Assembly: GCA_965649765.1 (NCBI GenBank)
Contig: OZ287748.1
Coordinates: 59,148,001 to 59,212,000 of the forward strand
From: Bispira polyomma
Lineage: Eukaryota
Reading direction: 5' to 3'
DNA length: 64,000 nucleotides
Within the stretch, counting starts at the first letter, position 1; the number at the start of each line of letters is the position of its first letter. A program made the position numbers and the translations under genes. Shown here piece by piece: positions 11,498 to 25,600 of this stretch. Below the pieces are notes generated by a model, which saw only the letters and a list, made by a program, of their open reading frames with translations, was not told where the DNA came from and made no database searches.

Positions 11498-14400
11498 CTT
11501 TGGAAAATAAAAGTTACATAGACCTAAGTATAGTGAAAGATTGGTCGTTTTTGATAAATAGAAATATGAAACCTGTTTTTGTATTGAAGCTTATTATATT
11601 TATCTACTTGTGGTATTCAAAACCTGAATCAACCTTTTCTTGACTGCGCAAGTAAAGGCAACCAACACCAGTAAAGGTCATTATCTTCGATTAAAACGAA
11701 GGCTTGAGGATGACCATTTATCAATGTTCTTGTATTGATATTTTAGTTTAATACAATGTATATTAATTAAGGTAGAACCTCTTATTATCTGAATATATTG
11801 GGAGAGTAATATTTGTATTGCATAATAGGATGTTCATGAAATAGAAAACACATTTCTGAGCGTGGAAATGAGTTTAAAAGATTGAATATTTGGGTTTGAG
11901 AAGTATGGATGATTGAGTTTTACTATACAAGGTTTCACAATTTTATAGTTAGTCTAAAGCACACCTTCTGTGTCGCCACACTACAATGATGGCAAGGACA
12001 GCAATAATAATGATCACAGTCACTGTAACAACAACTGCTATGATAGTACCTGCAACAGGGTATATATAATTAGTGTGTACTATATACTGGATCTTACAAA
12101 ACTGACTTTAAATCCTATTTCTTTAAATGAAGTGCTGATAACTTTTTATACATGTTGAGTTTTGACTTGATCATAACAAGTCTGGTGGCTGGTCTTCTAT
12201 CTACGGGTATATCTCTTTTATACCAGTAATCTGGAATGGAGGAATTACATGGGATAACATTTTACTAGCTGGCTTTACACTTTGAAGACCACAAGACCGA
12301 AGGGAATTACGGGAGGGTACTATGAATAGTTCCACAAAAATTGAAGTGACAGAAGGAGGCAAGCTCAAACGGTGGGTATGTAATTCCTCTGTTTCAGATT
12401 GATGTTGGTCAGAATTACAATCAAACTTTACCTTACAAGTATGTTTTGTTTAATTATCAATTCTATCTCACATAAATCATGTCACCTTGGAACTACATGA
12501 GATTTTAGAGCACTGAGGCCTGAATGGTAAATAGGTAGAACAAAGTGTGGGGGAAACACACACTAAGAAACTAGCAAACACAAGTGAGCTAACAGTGTTT
12601 TAATCCATTAGTCCATTTATGTACAAGTATAGTAGTAGCCAATACTGAATATAGAAGTTATATACATATATTGGCTGTAAGTCTATACACGCACAACTTA
12701 AAATCAATCAGGTCCTGTTGTCGGCAAGACAGCTGAAGCAAAAGTCTGTTGTTCTAAACGTTTTTGCATTTACCCAACCAGCAGCAGCTAAAATAGTGCC
12801 AGGTCAATACTGCCCAGCAGGTCACCCTCATCAGTGCTATCAGCCTGACCCTCACTGATTAAAAAATAAACATCAGCCTCTGAGTCTGACCTATCACCAT
12901 ATAATGTGCCCTTTTTTGCCAGAGCTGGATCGACAGGACTGTCATCACAGTCTCTTTTCTGGGTCATCAGGGTCATACTCTCAGCCATTGAGGCCATATG
13001 ACCCTCTAATTTTGACAATGTGGTGGATTGCTCCCTTTTTGTCAGGGTGGATTGCTCACCGGCCTCTCCCCCAAAATTCCTCATCAACATGAAAAAACTC
13101 ATCAACATGGGTATGTTTATCAGTCATAATTACAAACAAGTTACAACGTAAACAGGAAGTCAATATATACCCAAATGACAGTTAAAAATATCTATAAATG
13201 TTATCCAGAGAATCTGAAAATGTAGTGTATCAAAAAATCAACACAAAAGATAAAACAAGTGTGAACACCATGAAAACAGGATGCAAATGAGGCCAGCTAG
13301 TGGATTGTTATCTCATGCAGTTCCAGAGTGACATGATTTATGTGAGTTACAATAATTATTTCTGTTCTATACACCACTTGCCGCCTATTTTGAAGTCGTG
13401 GGTTCGAATGTTGGACTCTACATGTATGTGGGAAAGTTGGCAGGTGACTTTGTAAACAGCGGTGGTTTACATTTCAAAAATGGGAACCAACTATGTCTTG
13501 ACAATCTACCGTGTTCTGCTTTCATCTACAAATAAGCTACCTGTTATAATGTAATATGCAGATGGTGCAAGTGATGTTAAACCCAAACCTTAAGTTATAC
13601 CTGAAACAGCATTTTCCTTTGCTGCAGATGTTTCCAGACTGGGGTTAGGTGGTAGGGATGTGGCTGGCGTAGATGAAATGCCATCATCATTTTTCTTTGC
13701 TGCAGATGTTTCCAGACTGGGGTCAGGTGGTAGAGATGTGGCTGGTGTAGATACAATGCCATTGCCTGTGCATGAAACACGAATGCTTCCCGTCTTCCCC
13801 TCGATAACTAGTAAAGCCAGAAAGCCATCATGAAGTGAGGAGATCATAGTTGTATTGGAGAACTAAAATACTGCAACAAATAAATCCGCTGTATTTTCCT
13901 ATTCTAACAGCATTAATGGTTGTCATGTTATTGTACACCTTATGTTTAGTAGGCAGATGGTTTGGCATGTGTTTGTCATAATATGCTCGATCTGGTCAAC
14001 TGCGCATGGCAGGAAGGTAGTTGGGATAAATATTCATTAATATGTGTATATCTGCCATGCCCATGGTCTTCCCTGAATTTAACCTGTGGAATTACATTTA
14101 TGTCAATGTTTCACCTTGTGGCGTTTTGGTATTTATTTGTTTAGGTATGTTAAAAATCTTTACTCTTTAACTACACATCCTTTTATCAGATTATAGGAAC
14201 TGTTGGGGTATAATTTAAGTAGGTTATGGTCCTTATGGTTCTTGGTGGTGTTGTCTCTTTGAAAATCAAGTACAGTTATTGAGGTTCGGAAGAGCTCACA
14301 CTAACGTAGATCCTAACTTATACATAGAATACTGTATATATACATATATATATATATACAGTAGAACTTCTATTACCCAAATATAATGGGAGAGCAAGAT

Positions 14401-17400
14401 ATTGTTTGGTTAATAGCAGGTTTATAAAATAGAAGAAACATTTCTATATATAAATATATCACAATAGGAACAAGAATTTTTGAGAGTGAAAATACGCTTA
14501 TAAAATCAAATATTTTGATAACAGAAATTTGGATAATAGAGGTTCTACTTGTACATACATATTTAAATATATTGTGAAACTCACCACCTACAGGTAACAC
14601 AAAAGAGGGAGTAGGTAAACGTTTTCCTTTGTAATATAAATTGAATACCATGCCATTTTTACTGGTGTTCACTGGAACTCTGTTCTTATTCTGATGTAAG
14701 AGACCAGACTCCACTTTGTAATCCTGATCCCCTTCCTGTGCGCTCACCAGGTGCAGGATTTCATCTGATAAAGAAGGGCTGTTTATAAACACCGTCCCTG
14801 GTCCAGCTAAATAGTAACTACCCTCCTTGACTAGTTGGATTTCACACAAGAAGGTGGTCCCGGTTGTACCAACTATTTGCCCAGACTCCTCAACATATGG
14901 ATTTTGTATGTAAACCATTCCATTGGTGCCTGCTGTTTGGTGAGAGCCAGCTGGGTTTACACTGACAAACTCTATAGGATAATCTCTCACACAGGCATAG
15001 GTGATATGAAAGATTCGAGGATTCATTATTGTGGTACCATCGCTCTGTTCCTTTGAACACTGTGTGTAGATTTCCCATGGTAGAGGAGGAGTTTCCTTAT
15101 TTTTATAAAAGGTATCAACATCAAATTCAATATTGTCGAATATCAAGTCATTTCTCTGGCGAATTGCACATACATTTTCCATATTAAGCCATTGTAGATC
15201 TGCAGATTGATTGGTAGATGGCATACAATATTGTTCATAGGGATGACTTTTTAACTTTATTTCCAGAATGCTTATTAGCTTTATGTCCGAAAGATATCTG
15301 CACAGTGGTCGGCGATCTGACAGGTAATTTCTGCACAACAACCGTGTTTGAAGACCTGTTGTGATTAAAATAGGTATTTTGTTATCTTGTACTATTATAA
15401 TTTATACATGTATGAAGACATTACTTCAATTTAAGTACAATATTGTATAAACAAATGACAGACACATATTCTGTGACCTGGCGGATAACATACTCACTTG
15501 ATAACGTAGAAGACCTGAGTTTGACTCCTAGTCTATGGTGATAAGGTACTAGGTACAGACAGATGCAGGACTTCCCAAAGTCTGTGTACTGCATATAATT
15601 AGTTTTCTATGCCGGTAGGCGGTAACAAAGTAACAAAGTTATAAATTCAACCAGACAAAGACACCTTTTAGTTACTGTCAAATGCACTCATAACTAGGCA
15701 GTCAAACAGAACACCTCTAGTAACTGAATATTTAGTCACTGATTAAAAAGAAAGCAACATGCATAATTACATAAAATAATACAAAATATATCAGAATATA
15801 AATTTAATAAACGATTGCACATTTTTGGGGGTTCCAAATCCTATGTTAAACTTTTGAGGTGACAGTCGTGACATCATATTGGTACCAGAGAATTAAAATC
15901 TACCCAAAAGAAGGTCTTGTGCTTACCTGTGCCATTAGTTGCATTACAGTAACTGGTGTCATCCAGGCACATATCTAATCCTTGAACAAACACAGAGTCT
16001 GCAGAAGAACATTGTTGTTCAAAGGAGATGTTGTTTGAACATGTGTTTATGATATTACACGACTTACAAGACTGGAAATTTCCATCATTCACTTTTGCAC
16101 ATGAATAAACACACTGACCTGTTGATGAAGAAAAAGGTGTACAAATATAGTGGAACCTCTACTTAATGAAAAAAATCCAGTTAATTTTATTATGTTAATT
16201 AATTGAAGTTTTGTATTTTCTCCAATAAAGGCTCTCTCTCTCTCTCTTATTACAGCCACTCCTTGTTATAAAGATTTTACATCACTAAATGCCTATATTT
16301 CTACAGGTAGACTCCACTAAAATATTAGGGAACATTGTTACATCTCTTCTTCAGGTAATGTTGAAAACGATATAACAAACATCATTGACCTATAGTTACG
16401 AATCAAGATATTCTGTAGATAGTTAACTGTATACATTACTATAGATATGTTACAACACCACATATCAAAATTGTTTTCTTGATTATTAGCTCTCTTTTGC
16501 GAAAATGCAAAGCCCCAGCGTTTATTACAGAAATGACAGTAGATACATAAATATATGTAACGCCAAAATGATGATACATGAGAACAAAAAGAAACAGCTT
16601 TGTAACATAATGTAACGATTCGTGTATTTTTATATTTTTATAGATTCTGTATGTAGACTCCTATTTCTTATCATATCTTTTATAGTCTATTGTATTGTAC
16701 ATGAAGTCACTTTCTGCTCAACTCACAGGGTTATGTCACACACTGTATGTATAAAAGGGCAAATATACATGTCCGATTTTGCTTCCGAATCTGTCATCCG
16801 AAAACATTTAGATATAATAAAATAGAGAAGTAGGATACACCTCCGAAGTAGAATACACCTCCCAATTTGGAGCCAAATTTTCGGAATCGGTCAAAGGTTT
16901 TTTTGCGGATGATTGGCAGGAATATGAAGTAATTTCCTTGCTTTTGAGATTTTTTTTAAAGCATAAATACTAGAAAAATCAGCCAGTTTTTCGGAGGTAG
17001 TGTATCTGCAAATTCAGACGACGGAAACTGACGTCAGATGACGGATTAGGAAGGAAAATCAGACAGATATATTTGCCCCTTAAATCTATTAAGCTGCTGC
17101 ATAAAGATATTATTTTACAGAAAAAAATCAATAGTTTTCAAAATTATATTAGGTAAATAAATATACTGCCAGTAAAAGGCATCAAGTACCAGTGCATGTA
17201 TTGTAACCGAATCCCTGAAAAACTGCCCACCAAGTAAACTGTCATCAGCTCTACTTTGTCTGGGTAAACTACCAACCAGGTGAACTGGCTACCACTCAAA
17301 TTTACTAAGGACAACCATAACATTAACGACCAAAGTAAAAGTAGTATACCACCTCTTTTAATCTGTGAAGTTATGTCATAAATTTAAAAAAAAATTTTGA

Positions 17401-17805
17401 TTCATATTTATTTTAATCGCTTAATTTAGAAAGGTTTAATGCAATTGATGTTGAAATTGGCAAAACTGTTTTGTTACCACTAATTAAAAAAACAATTTGG
17501 ACAGTATTTATGAATGAATAACCCTGAACGAATTTTTTCCAAAGACATTTTATTTCTTTGAATATCGTCAGCATAAAAGTAATATACAGTCAAACCCCTT
17601 AAAGTGTAGAAAAATCTGTAGTCACACCAAAGCTTTTCCTTTTGAAACTTAATAATATATTGATAATATCCTTGGGGAGGCAGAATATATATTTTACATT
17701 AAAACCCTGCATTATATTAATAAACTAAAGCTCCTACTTACTTGTGGTTGTATCAATGTTTAACATAATCCACAAACTATACAGAACATACACATACAGT
17801 TTCAT
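10867..17805 (-). CDS. Gene A: type I membrane receptor, SP-ChtBD2-novel domain-mucin stalk-TM-Tyr-motif tail (649 aa)
   Basis: Six GT-AG exons: 17805-17742, 16118-15927, 15355-14585, 13807-13601, 12049-11965, 11497-10867. Total 1950 nt = 650 codons, intron phases 1,1,1,1,2, same structure as paralog B. Confidence 0.85.
11965..12049 (-). CDS. Gene A exon 5, transmembrane helix TIIAVVVTVTVIIIIAVLAIIVVW-RHRR
   Basis: 85 nt, phase 1-2; hydrophobic run followed by basic stop-transfer residues. Confidence 0.85.
12452..13358 (-). mobile_element. Internally deleted DIRS1-like element with ~40-bp inverted termini in intron 4 of gene A
   Basis: ctcacataaatcatgtcac..tggaact.catgagat at 12467-12503 is inverted at 13310-13346; encloses an acidic gag-like ORF (12788-13108). 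Confidence 0.55.
13370..13590 (+). mobile_element. Degenerate tRNA-SINE
   Basis: B box gggttcgaat, tatgtgggaaagtt core, tail gatgttaaacccaaac. Confidence 0.45.
13601..13807 (-). CDS. Gene A exon 4, Ser/Thr/Pro stalk with 78-nt internal duplication
   Basis: Acceptor ctttactag|, donor G|GTATAA; begins VIEGKTGSI like paralog stalk exons. Confidence 0.75.
14357..14553. mobile_element. Tc1/mariner-type MITE just inside intron 3 of gene A
   Basis: tacagtagaacttctatta...taatagaggttctact. Confidence 0.75.
14585..15355 (-). CDS. Gene A exon 3, conserved unrecognised ectodomain
   Basis: 771 nt, phase 1-1; motifs RLLC..YLSD..PLC, IRQR.DL.F, PRIFHIT..C, GPGT.F, F.LPVG shared with B and D. Confidence 0.85.
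15927..16118 (-). CDS. Gene A exon 2, chitin-binding type-2 (CBM14/peritrophin-A)-like domain
   Basis: CVYSCAKVNDGNFQSCKSCNIINTC...QQC...FVQGLDMC...SYC; 192 nt, phase 1-1. Confidence 0.8.
16755..17082. mobile_element. MITE with long imperfect TIRs in intron 1 of gene A
   Basis: agggcaaatatacatgtccgattttgcttcc...ggaaggaaaatcagacagatatatttgcccct. Confidence 0.7.
17742..17805 (-). CDS. Gene A exon 1, signal peptide MKLYVYVLYSLWIMLNIDTTT
   Basis: ATG + hydrophobic core + donor A|GTAAGT (phase 1). Confidence 0.75.
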
Positions 17806-19144
17806 TTTCACCTAATTTTTCTTCTTTCCAAACTAATCTTCACTGTTAAATATTTCAATATATCCGAGAAAAGCATTCAATTTCTCAATGGACTGACAAC
17901 ACATTAAACTGCAGAACGCTTCTGTAAAGTTTGAATAAGGCCTGTCGATTTTTATATCAATTTAGTTCCTTGTTTTGGTGTGTTGCACAAGAGGCAAAGA
18001 AACTTAAGTACTTTTAGGAATGAAAAGAATATACTCAATACTGTAAAAAAATAACAAAACATTTACAGGTTGTATGTTAGTGGATACAAAAGTTTAATAA
18101 TTAAACATAAACACAGTTTCCTCAACATGAACAAAAATGTCATACACAACGATAACCTTAACTTCAAAAAGACAAAATTATTGCTATGTTGAAAAGGGAA
18201 ATTCCTATGCCTATTTGAAAAAGATATTTTCCCACATAAAGACATTCTATGTTTGTCATATATTTTGCCAAACTTTTTTCAAGCAGAGATTTATTGAACG
18301 AGTGCTACTTTTATGCAATGATTTTCAAGTGGAAAAGAAATGAGTTTGAAGAAATAATATGGTAGAATTCTAGCTCCTTATTCTATCTGCTATTAATAAT
18401 GCCATTATACACTGCTAACAGAAATTTTTAATTACTTTTGGTTATTATTAGAAGAAAAGGTAATAAAGTATTATTTATTCAGGTAAAAAAATAGCATGGA
18501 GATAATCTAGTATAAATCGTTGTTATTGGTAATTGTGTTTGCTTATACAGTTCAGTAAATTTGTCATTTCATTTTCATTATTGTTCTTATCTTTTTGTAT
18601 CGTAAACATGTGATCGAATAAAAATATTTAAAAAACATGTGTCACTGAATGGGACAATTTATTGAAAAGATATAACAAGGAACAATTATAGATATTTTTC
18701 CAATCATACATATGTATATTTAATGCTTTTGCATGACCACTAAAATCAACTCCAACTATTTGCATTAAGAACTGTCAAATGTCACTTCGAGTGGACACAT
18801 GATATCATTTATAAATAGATAAATAATGATTGATAATGACACTGATAGACAAAAACAAGTATGGGAGAATTCCTAATGCTAGAACACGTTATTTATGCAC
18901 TGCTCACAGGTCATCATCTCGAAGCAATGTTCATAATCTTTGTACAAGTAGATTCAAAGGCATAACAGTCAAATCACATTTCATTAGTAGTGCAATCACA
19001 AAGCAGAAAACAAGTCTTAAATTCAGAGACACAATGATTAAATGCACTCTAGGGAAAGAGCCTTTTCAAACAAGGTGTTCATAGTGTTTTTAAACCCATA
19101 TGTAGCTGGGTTTGTTAAAGTGCCCCCCCCCCCCCCCCCCCCCC

Positions 19145-19405
19145 CGGCCTATTAGTTGGGGGGTTGGTCTGGTGATCAGACGGTCCCTGGTTCAATTCCC
19201 AGTGGGGGAATTGGTCTGGTCATCAGGTTCGACTTTAACTGATGCCTCCAGGTTTATTGGTGGGATAAAATCCTTGGGCAAGATGTGAACACGTCATTGC
19301 CTGCTGATAACGAACTATGTGATGTTGTAGGATATGATTGATTGATTCAGTTGCTTTAGAAGATGCCTCGCATTGAAAGGCTGTTAAAAATGTGTAATAC
19401 AATAC
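19145..19405 (+). mobile_element. SINE copy of the 5627 family, preceded by a poly-C run
   Basis: tctggtgatcaga.ggtccctggttc...tccttgggcaagatgtgaac...gatgttgtagga. Confidence 0.7.
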
Positions 19406-21902
19406 TACAAGTGAGGCAGTAGTCTACATGTCCAGAGTTAATTCAGTCCATGATTTTGGAGCATCAGTTGTTAAAATGTATGTTTGACTGATTAGTCATT
19501 ATGTGCTTCTCAAACTTTACACCATTAGTAAATTTAATCAAGACATGTATGTTCTTGTTATTGGTAATAAGTAAAGTCCCACTTTTTTAAAGTTCTTTTT
19601 TTTTTGGTAAAAATTAGAAAAGGCTTTTGTTTTACCATATTTTAGGCATATATTAATAGACAGGACTGTGGTCTCCCATGGCATAGTAATTTGGGAGAAT
19701 TGGTCTGGTGATCGCAAGATCCCCAGTTTGACTATCGCTGAAGCCATCTAGGTTCATTGGTCTGATAACCTCTTTGGGTAAGATGTTAACATGTCATTAC
19801 CTATTGATGATAACTGAGGCACTATCTCTTTCAGGAAACCATTGCCTTGGAGGATGGTATAGCAATAGGGCGCTACATCAATGCTTCAATAACAAGCAAA
19901 ATGTATTTTGGGAGCCTATAACAGGGCTAGGGTCAAATCCTAAAAGGATACAAAGTTATGAACTAAGGTGGCAGTTGACCTGTATGTATGATGCTGAAGC
20001 TGGTTGGCTGTACTTGCGTAGTTAAGAATAGGTTTAAGTAGCACTTTGAATATCAGATAAAGGAAGACAAATGCATGGAGTCTAAATCTGGATACTATAG
20101 AATACAATCAAATGAACCAGCTGTAGTTTTTACATCACTGTACAGTATCACTAGAACTAGGACTAAGCTCAGTCCAGGGCTGGTATTCACAGACATCATT
20201 TTTCCTAATTATTTGTCTTAGCAAAATTTAATGGCTGAAAATATTGTTTCAACTGACTTGAATGGCTGATATTAAGAAGATTCTTGAAATAGCACTTGTG
20301 AATACTTGCCCAGATCATAAATCATCTCCACCACTACCGTAAGTACAATAATACCAGCATCTCTCTCATGGTGTTTATCTTTTAGTAAAATTACTGCAGT
20401 TACAAGACTGATTCCGTGGTTGAACCTATCATAAAAATTGGTTCTGGAATTAAAAAGGTGCACTCAATGTTTTATAATATAATGTTAGCATACAATACAA
20501 TGTATAGGTTTTTACTAGTGTTTATATTCTTTGGCGCCTGTACTTTTCAAACAGAATTTGAGCTCAAATTTAGACTCCAGTCAAATAAACACTATGTGCA
20601 ATTCCTGTGTGGTGAAATAACCTATACTTGTAGTCATTCATATATAAGAAGGCTTGAAATGGAAATTTGAGCTTGAATCTGAGTTGATTTTGAATTTGAA
20701 CATGCGTTGTTATCCATTTAATGGCTAGTATTTGGACTATACTTGGATAGTGTCCCTTGTTGATGGATTTTCATCTATTCAGGCACACTCCACATGAATT
20801 AATGCATTTACAACTACTTGGTTAACTAAGAATTTATTAAAACAAAGCACTAATTCACAAGTTATAAAAATGTGGGCTAGTAGAATCTGTGAACCCTGAA
20901 ATACAATGTTTTGTACAATACAGACCAGAATATAAAATGTGTTGTATTACCCAATGCCCTTGAACATGTACACAAAAACATTATATTAATGTCTACCCTT
21001 TTGTCCCAAATCTTCAATATTTTTATGTTAATTTTGTGAAACAAAACTGATAATAAAAGTAAAACAACTCTTATGATGGGTATATTAACAGTGTATGCAT
21101 ACTGAACTCACATTGTATTGCTTATCTTCTTGGGTAATATAATTTCAAAATAATATAAACATTAACAGAAGCAAAACTTATGTTTCCAGTTGCACCAGCT
21201 ACTAAATGCATGCAACTCTGTCTAAACCAGGATTACATGATAAATGCAAAACATTACTTTTATCAGTGAAAAACTCCTGACCATAATATGTTACTTAGTT
21301 ATTTTAGTGTCTATTTCAGAAATACACCATTTTGAATCAGTGTAAAGTTAGATGTATTGGGTTTTAACGTTATCTTTGTAAAGAAAGTTAGAGCCTAGAG
21401 GTGGACAATATATAAAGCATTAGTAGGTGCTTAACTTTTGTAAAATTAGAGTTAATATATGTTCTAATACATTTTTAAAAGATGAAAACGTTGCAGTCCT
21501 TAGTGTATTTGATGCATAAGCCTAAGTGTTTTTTTATTTCTACAACTTAAAATAGTAGGACCCCCCACTGACCAATGTAAAATAGATTCTTATTCTTCTG
21601 TAGAAATATGTCCCTTATACAACTGGTATGCATGTTAAATACAGCACAGTAAACCCTTCATTAATAAACACCTCAGAATAGTGAACACCTATTTATAATG
21701 AACAAATAAAGGTCCTATTTTGCCACTAGTGAATTGTACAGTACTAAACAGTGAACACTTCCTCACATAGTGAAAATATTGGCTGACTTGGGTGAGTGGT
21801 CACTATTATTATTCAACACAAAATTTTAGGCCAACACTGGCCATGACATTACAACCAGTTGCAAATATTTTTAAGCCAAAACATTTTTTGTAACATTTAT
21901 GA

Positions 21903-22677
21903 TCAGTTATTGTAAACACTATTTTCAACCTTTTCTATGTATGCTTCATCATCCTCTGGTTTCAGTGATGCTAATTCCTTCTGTCTATCTGAAACATTCT
22001 CACCACCTTCATAAATATCATTATCCATCATCATTTCTATGACCTGTTCTTTCTTTTCTATGCCTACTGTATCGGGTTCCAGCTGAATGTATTCATGTTC
22101 CTCTGCTGTAACATTTCTGCTTAGATCCAGGTACTCATTGCCATTGTAGAGTACATTATCTATCATGCCACTTGTATGGTCACCTTTTGGTAAAACCTTT
22201 CCATTATTGTTGTCATACACAGCCTTCTCCAGGTCAATCTCTATGGCCTGTTCTTTCTGGTCTAAATCTGTTATACCAGGTTCCAACTGGATGTATTCAT
22301 ATTCTTCTGTTGTATAATTTCTGCTTAGATCCACATCATCTACCATGTCATTTGTATGGCCACATACTGGTAAAGCCCCAACACTGTTGTTGTCATACAC
22401 ACCTTTCTTAGTCATCCCATTGGTTGGTTCCTCCAGTAATTCATTGTAGATATCATTCTCCACCAGACCATCCATTTGGTTTAGTATAATCACAGATGCA
22501 ATAGTGTTATTGCCTATGGGTGTTTTATAATGTCCTGCCTTGTTTGGTTTGGCATAGTCTTTGCTGGACAGAGGTATAGGAGAATGTCCTTTCTGGTTCA
22601 TTTCAAGGTTGTCCTGGTTGTAAACTGGGTTTGCTAAGGACACAGACTTCTCATTTTCATTCAAATTCTTGCGGTGC
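21903..22677 (-). CDS. Gene B exon 6, cytoplasmic Tyr-motif tail
   Basis: NPVY, DYAKPNKAGHYKTP, ENDIY, EYIQL x2, DNVLY, DNDIY, terminal VENSVYNN*. Confidence 0.85.
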
Positions 22678-25600
22678 CTACAATGTTTTAAATTTGTGTT
22701 GATATAGTTAATTCCTTGAAATATTCAAAAGAAAAAAAAAACCTGAAGAATTTTCATGCACATTTGTGTCATGTTATTGTCCTACATATTAAATCAGAAA
22801 TGTAGAGACCATTATCTGCAGTCAAATGATATATAGTGTATGAAGAATATCGGTAGCATATCACAAGAAATGAACATAAAATCAGTTTAATTTGGACACT
22901 TTATCACATTTCTGATATGTTAGACATTTGGACATCTACACAAAAGTGTCTGCCTCATTATCTATTCAAATACAATTTCACTGGTTTGTCTAAAGATTCA
23001 TTAGAACAACATTTTTTTTTTCATTTCAAGCATTACTAAGGATTGATTTTGAATGAACTGTTGTGACTATTAAAAGGTATTTGATTTAACTCTACATTTT
23101 TGTATTCCGTGGTGCCAAAAACAAGCCTTGGAGACACCCCTTCTTTTGTTTGAAATATAAGTGCATCTCATATGCTATTGCTTTACCTCTTGTACAGACA
23201 CACCCCAGTGATGATGGCAATCACCACAAGAATGGCCACTACTGTTGTCACCACAGCTGTTGCCACAACTACAAACACAAACAATTATCCACAATATTAT
23301 TATACAGGTATGATTAAGGGGGTACGGCTGATAGTTTTGGTACTGATGGAAAGGTTGGGCTCCAAAAAACTATTAATCTGATGATATTTTTTAAAAGTCT
23401 GATGGCTTGATATTTACAAATATAAGCGTCATTGTTGACGAAAATCACCATCGCCGACTTCTTGTAGTATGATGTATCAAAGCCAACTTCATATTTACAT
23501 GTTCAGCACACTCAACATAATATTTTATACATTTACGACAGTCAATCTTTTACCCCTCAAACTCGTGCCTGTGGGAAGGCAACGGCTCGTATATATCCAT
23601 ATTTCTCAATGACTTCTGACAAAGTACATGTAACGAAAAACCAAAAATATGTATTGAAATGGCCAGTTAAGTTTACTTGAAAAAAAAAACACCTTTGAGG
23701 TTAATTGTTGTACAGCTTAGAAAAGACTGTTATAGTTATTTCAAGTGAATTATGTTTAGTATTATTTAACATCAATTATGCCAACAAATGTGACGGATCA
23801 CTCCAGTTATATTTAACTTAAATATCTCATTCTAACTTGTGAAGACAATAATGATTATATTGTTTAATTTTATCTATAACAATTGTACAATTCTACAGGT
23901 TTTACATATGATAATGTGCTAACATAAAATTATAATTTTCTCTGCTTTGACAAGCAAAACGATAGAAAATGTATTTTACTTATCTCTCAGTGACCCAACA
24001 TTTTAATATTTAAATGGTCAGTTAATTTAACTGAAAAATGTAGAAAACTTAAAAAAGATAAAACACCTGATGAAGATGCTTTAGTATTCTCAGTTTGACC
24101 CTGTTGCTGATCAAATTGCCTATCCTCAGTTACTGAGTTGTTTATGGTGCTGCTCATAGGTGGCATATCAGTTGATGGACTTGTTGACGACAATGACGTT
24201 TTTTGCTGGCTTTCCTCAGTTACCAAGTCATTCGCAGTGCTGCTTATAGGTGGCATATCGGTAGCTGGACTTGTTAAGGGCAATTGATCTCTATCACCAT
24301 AGGAAATATTTATATATCCTGTATAACCTTCCAGTACTGATAAAAACAAAGATTAAAATTCATTAGAATATGCATGTAAATGAGAAAATCAGATAATTTA
24401 CCGTATGCAGAATAAATAAAGCTTAATTTTATATTTCCATTTGACAAGAGTTTATGAGCATTCATAGTACTATCATATTACTATATATAATATCGAAGAG
24501 ACACATATTTACTAATACAAAACATGGATATCTTGATGTCAATGTATTGTAATTTTCTTTTCATTAAGTTATATATTTTTTTCTATTAAAAATTCTGTTC
24601 TAAAAACAACACAATGCATGGAAATATGAATAGACTAGTATAATAAATCATGTATACAATTTTATGGATTGTATTTCTTTGTTTAAAAATACCACTTGGA
24701 AAGTTGACAAGCTCTAAAACTGTATAAAGCTTTCTCATTGTAATATTGACACCATAATATTGAAATATTGAGTAGCTAGTGAATCACTCACCACCAATTG
24801 GCAGTAGAAAGGATCCTGTAAATTCGTTTTGCCCAATGTAGTAAAGGTTGAACATTTTTGCACTAAATGCTGTTGTAACCATAATTCGTTTTCTGTAGTT
24901 CACAAGACGTGGCTCTATGGTGTAACTCTCTGTCTCAGGGAATGTTGCATTTATGACAAGAATATCATCTGAATCAGACTCCCGACCACTAAAAGCCGTT
25001 CCTGGACCACCAAAATAATATCTACCTCCCTGCTGAAGATCTATCTGGCCCAGGTGCTTTATATGTACACTGTATTTTCGATTGATATCCTCATTTCTTT
25101 TCCTTCTTTGATGCAATGGATTTGACTTTTCTACATTATACTGCACATACACCATTCCTTGAGACTCAGACTCTGCAGTGGTAGTGGCATCATTTATACT
25201 GTAGAATTGTATTTCGTAATTTTTCACACAGGCAAAAGTAATATGAAAAATTCTGGGGTAAGAGCCTTTAACTGGTCCTTTTTCACAAATGTCTTGACCT
25301 TGACTATTATAGGCATCACTGGTATCAACATCAGTGGTATCGTTACTATCTTCGTTAGAACCATCTCTACTATCACCTGTATCTGCACTACCAGTTGCTT
25401 CACCTGTCTCTTCAGAACTGTCTGTTTTCTCTTTTGTGTCTGACTTACTAGTTTTCACTTGGTATTCCCCATCAACAGGAACTTCAGGACTTTCAGAATA
25501 ATCTTCACCACCCACTTCCTCAATTTCTGTAGAATGCATTTTCGGACACTTATTGTAAATATCCCATGGTGCAACATAATCTTCCTGCTCATTAAAAGTG

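Noticed and set aside
14373-14584. Hydrophobic C-terminal extension of ORF 14373-15341 as a TM segment
   Set aside because: It lies past the conserved G|GTGAGT donor and reads through a MITE.
19123-19145. Poly-C tract as a functional G-quadruplex
   Set aside because: A simple homopolymer at a SINE head with no supporting context.
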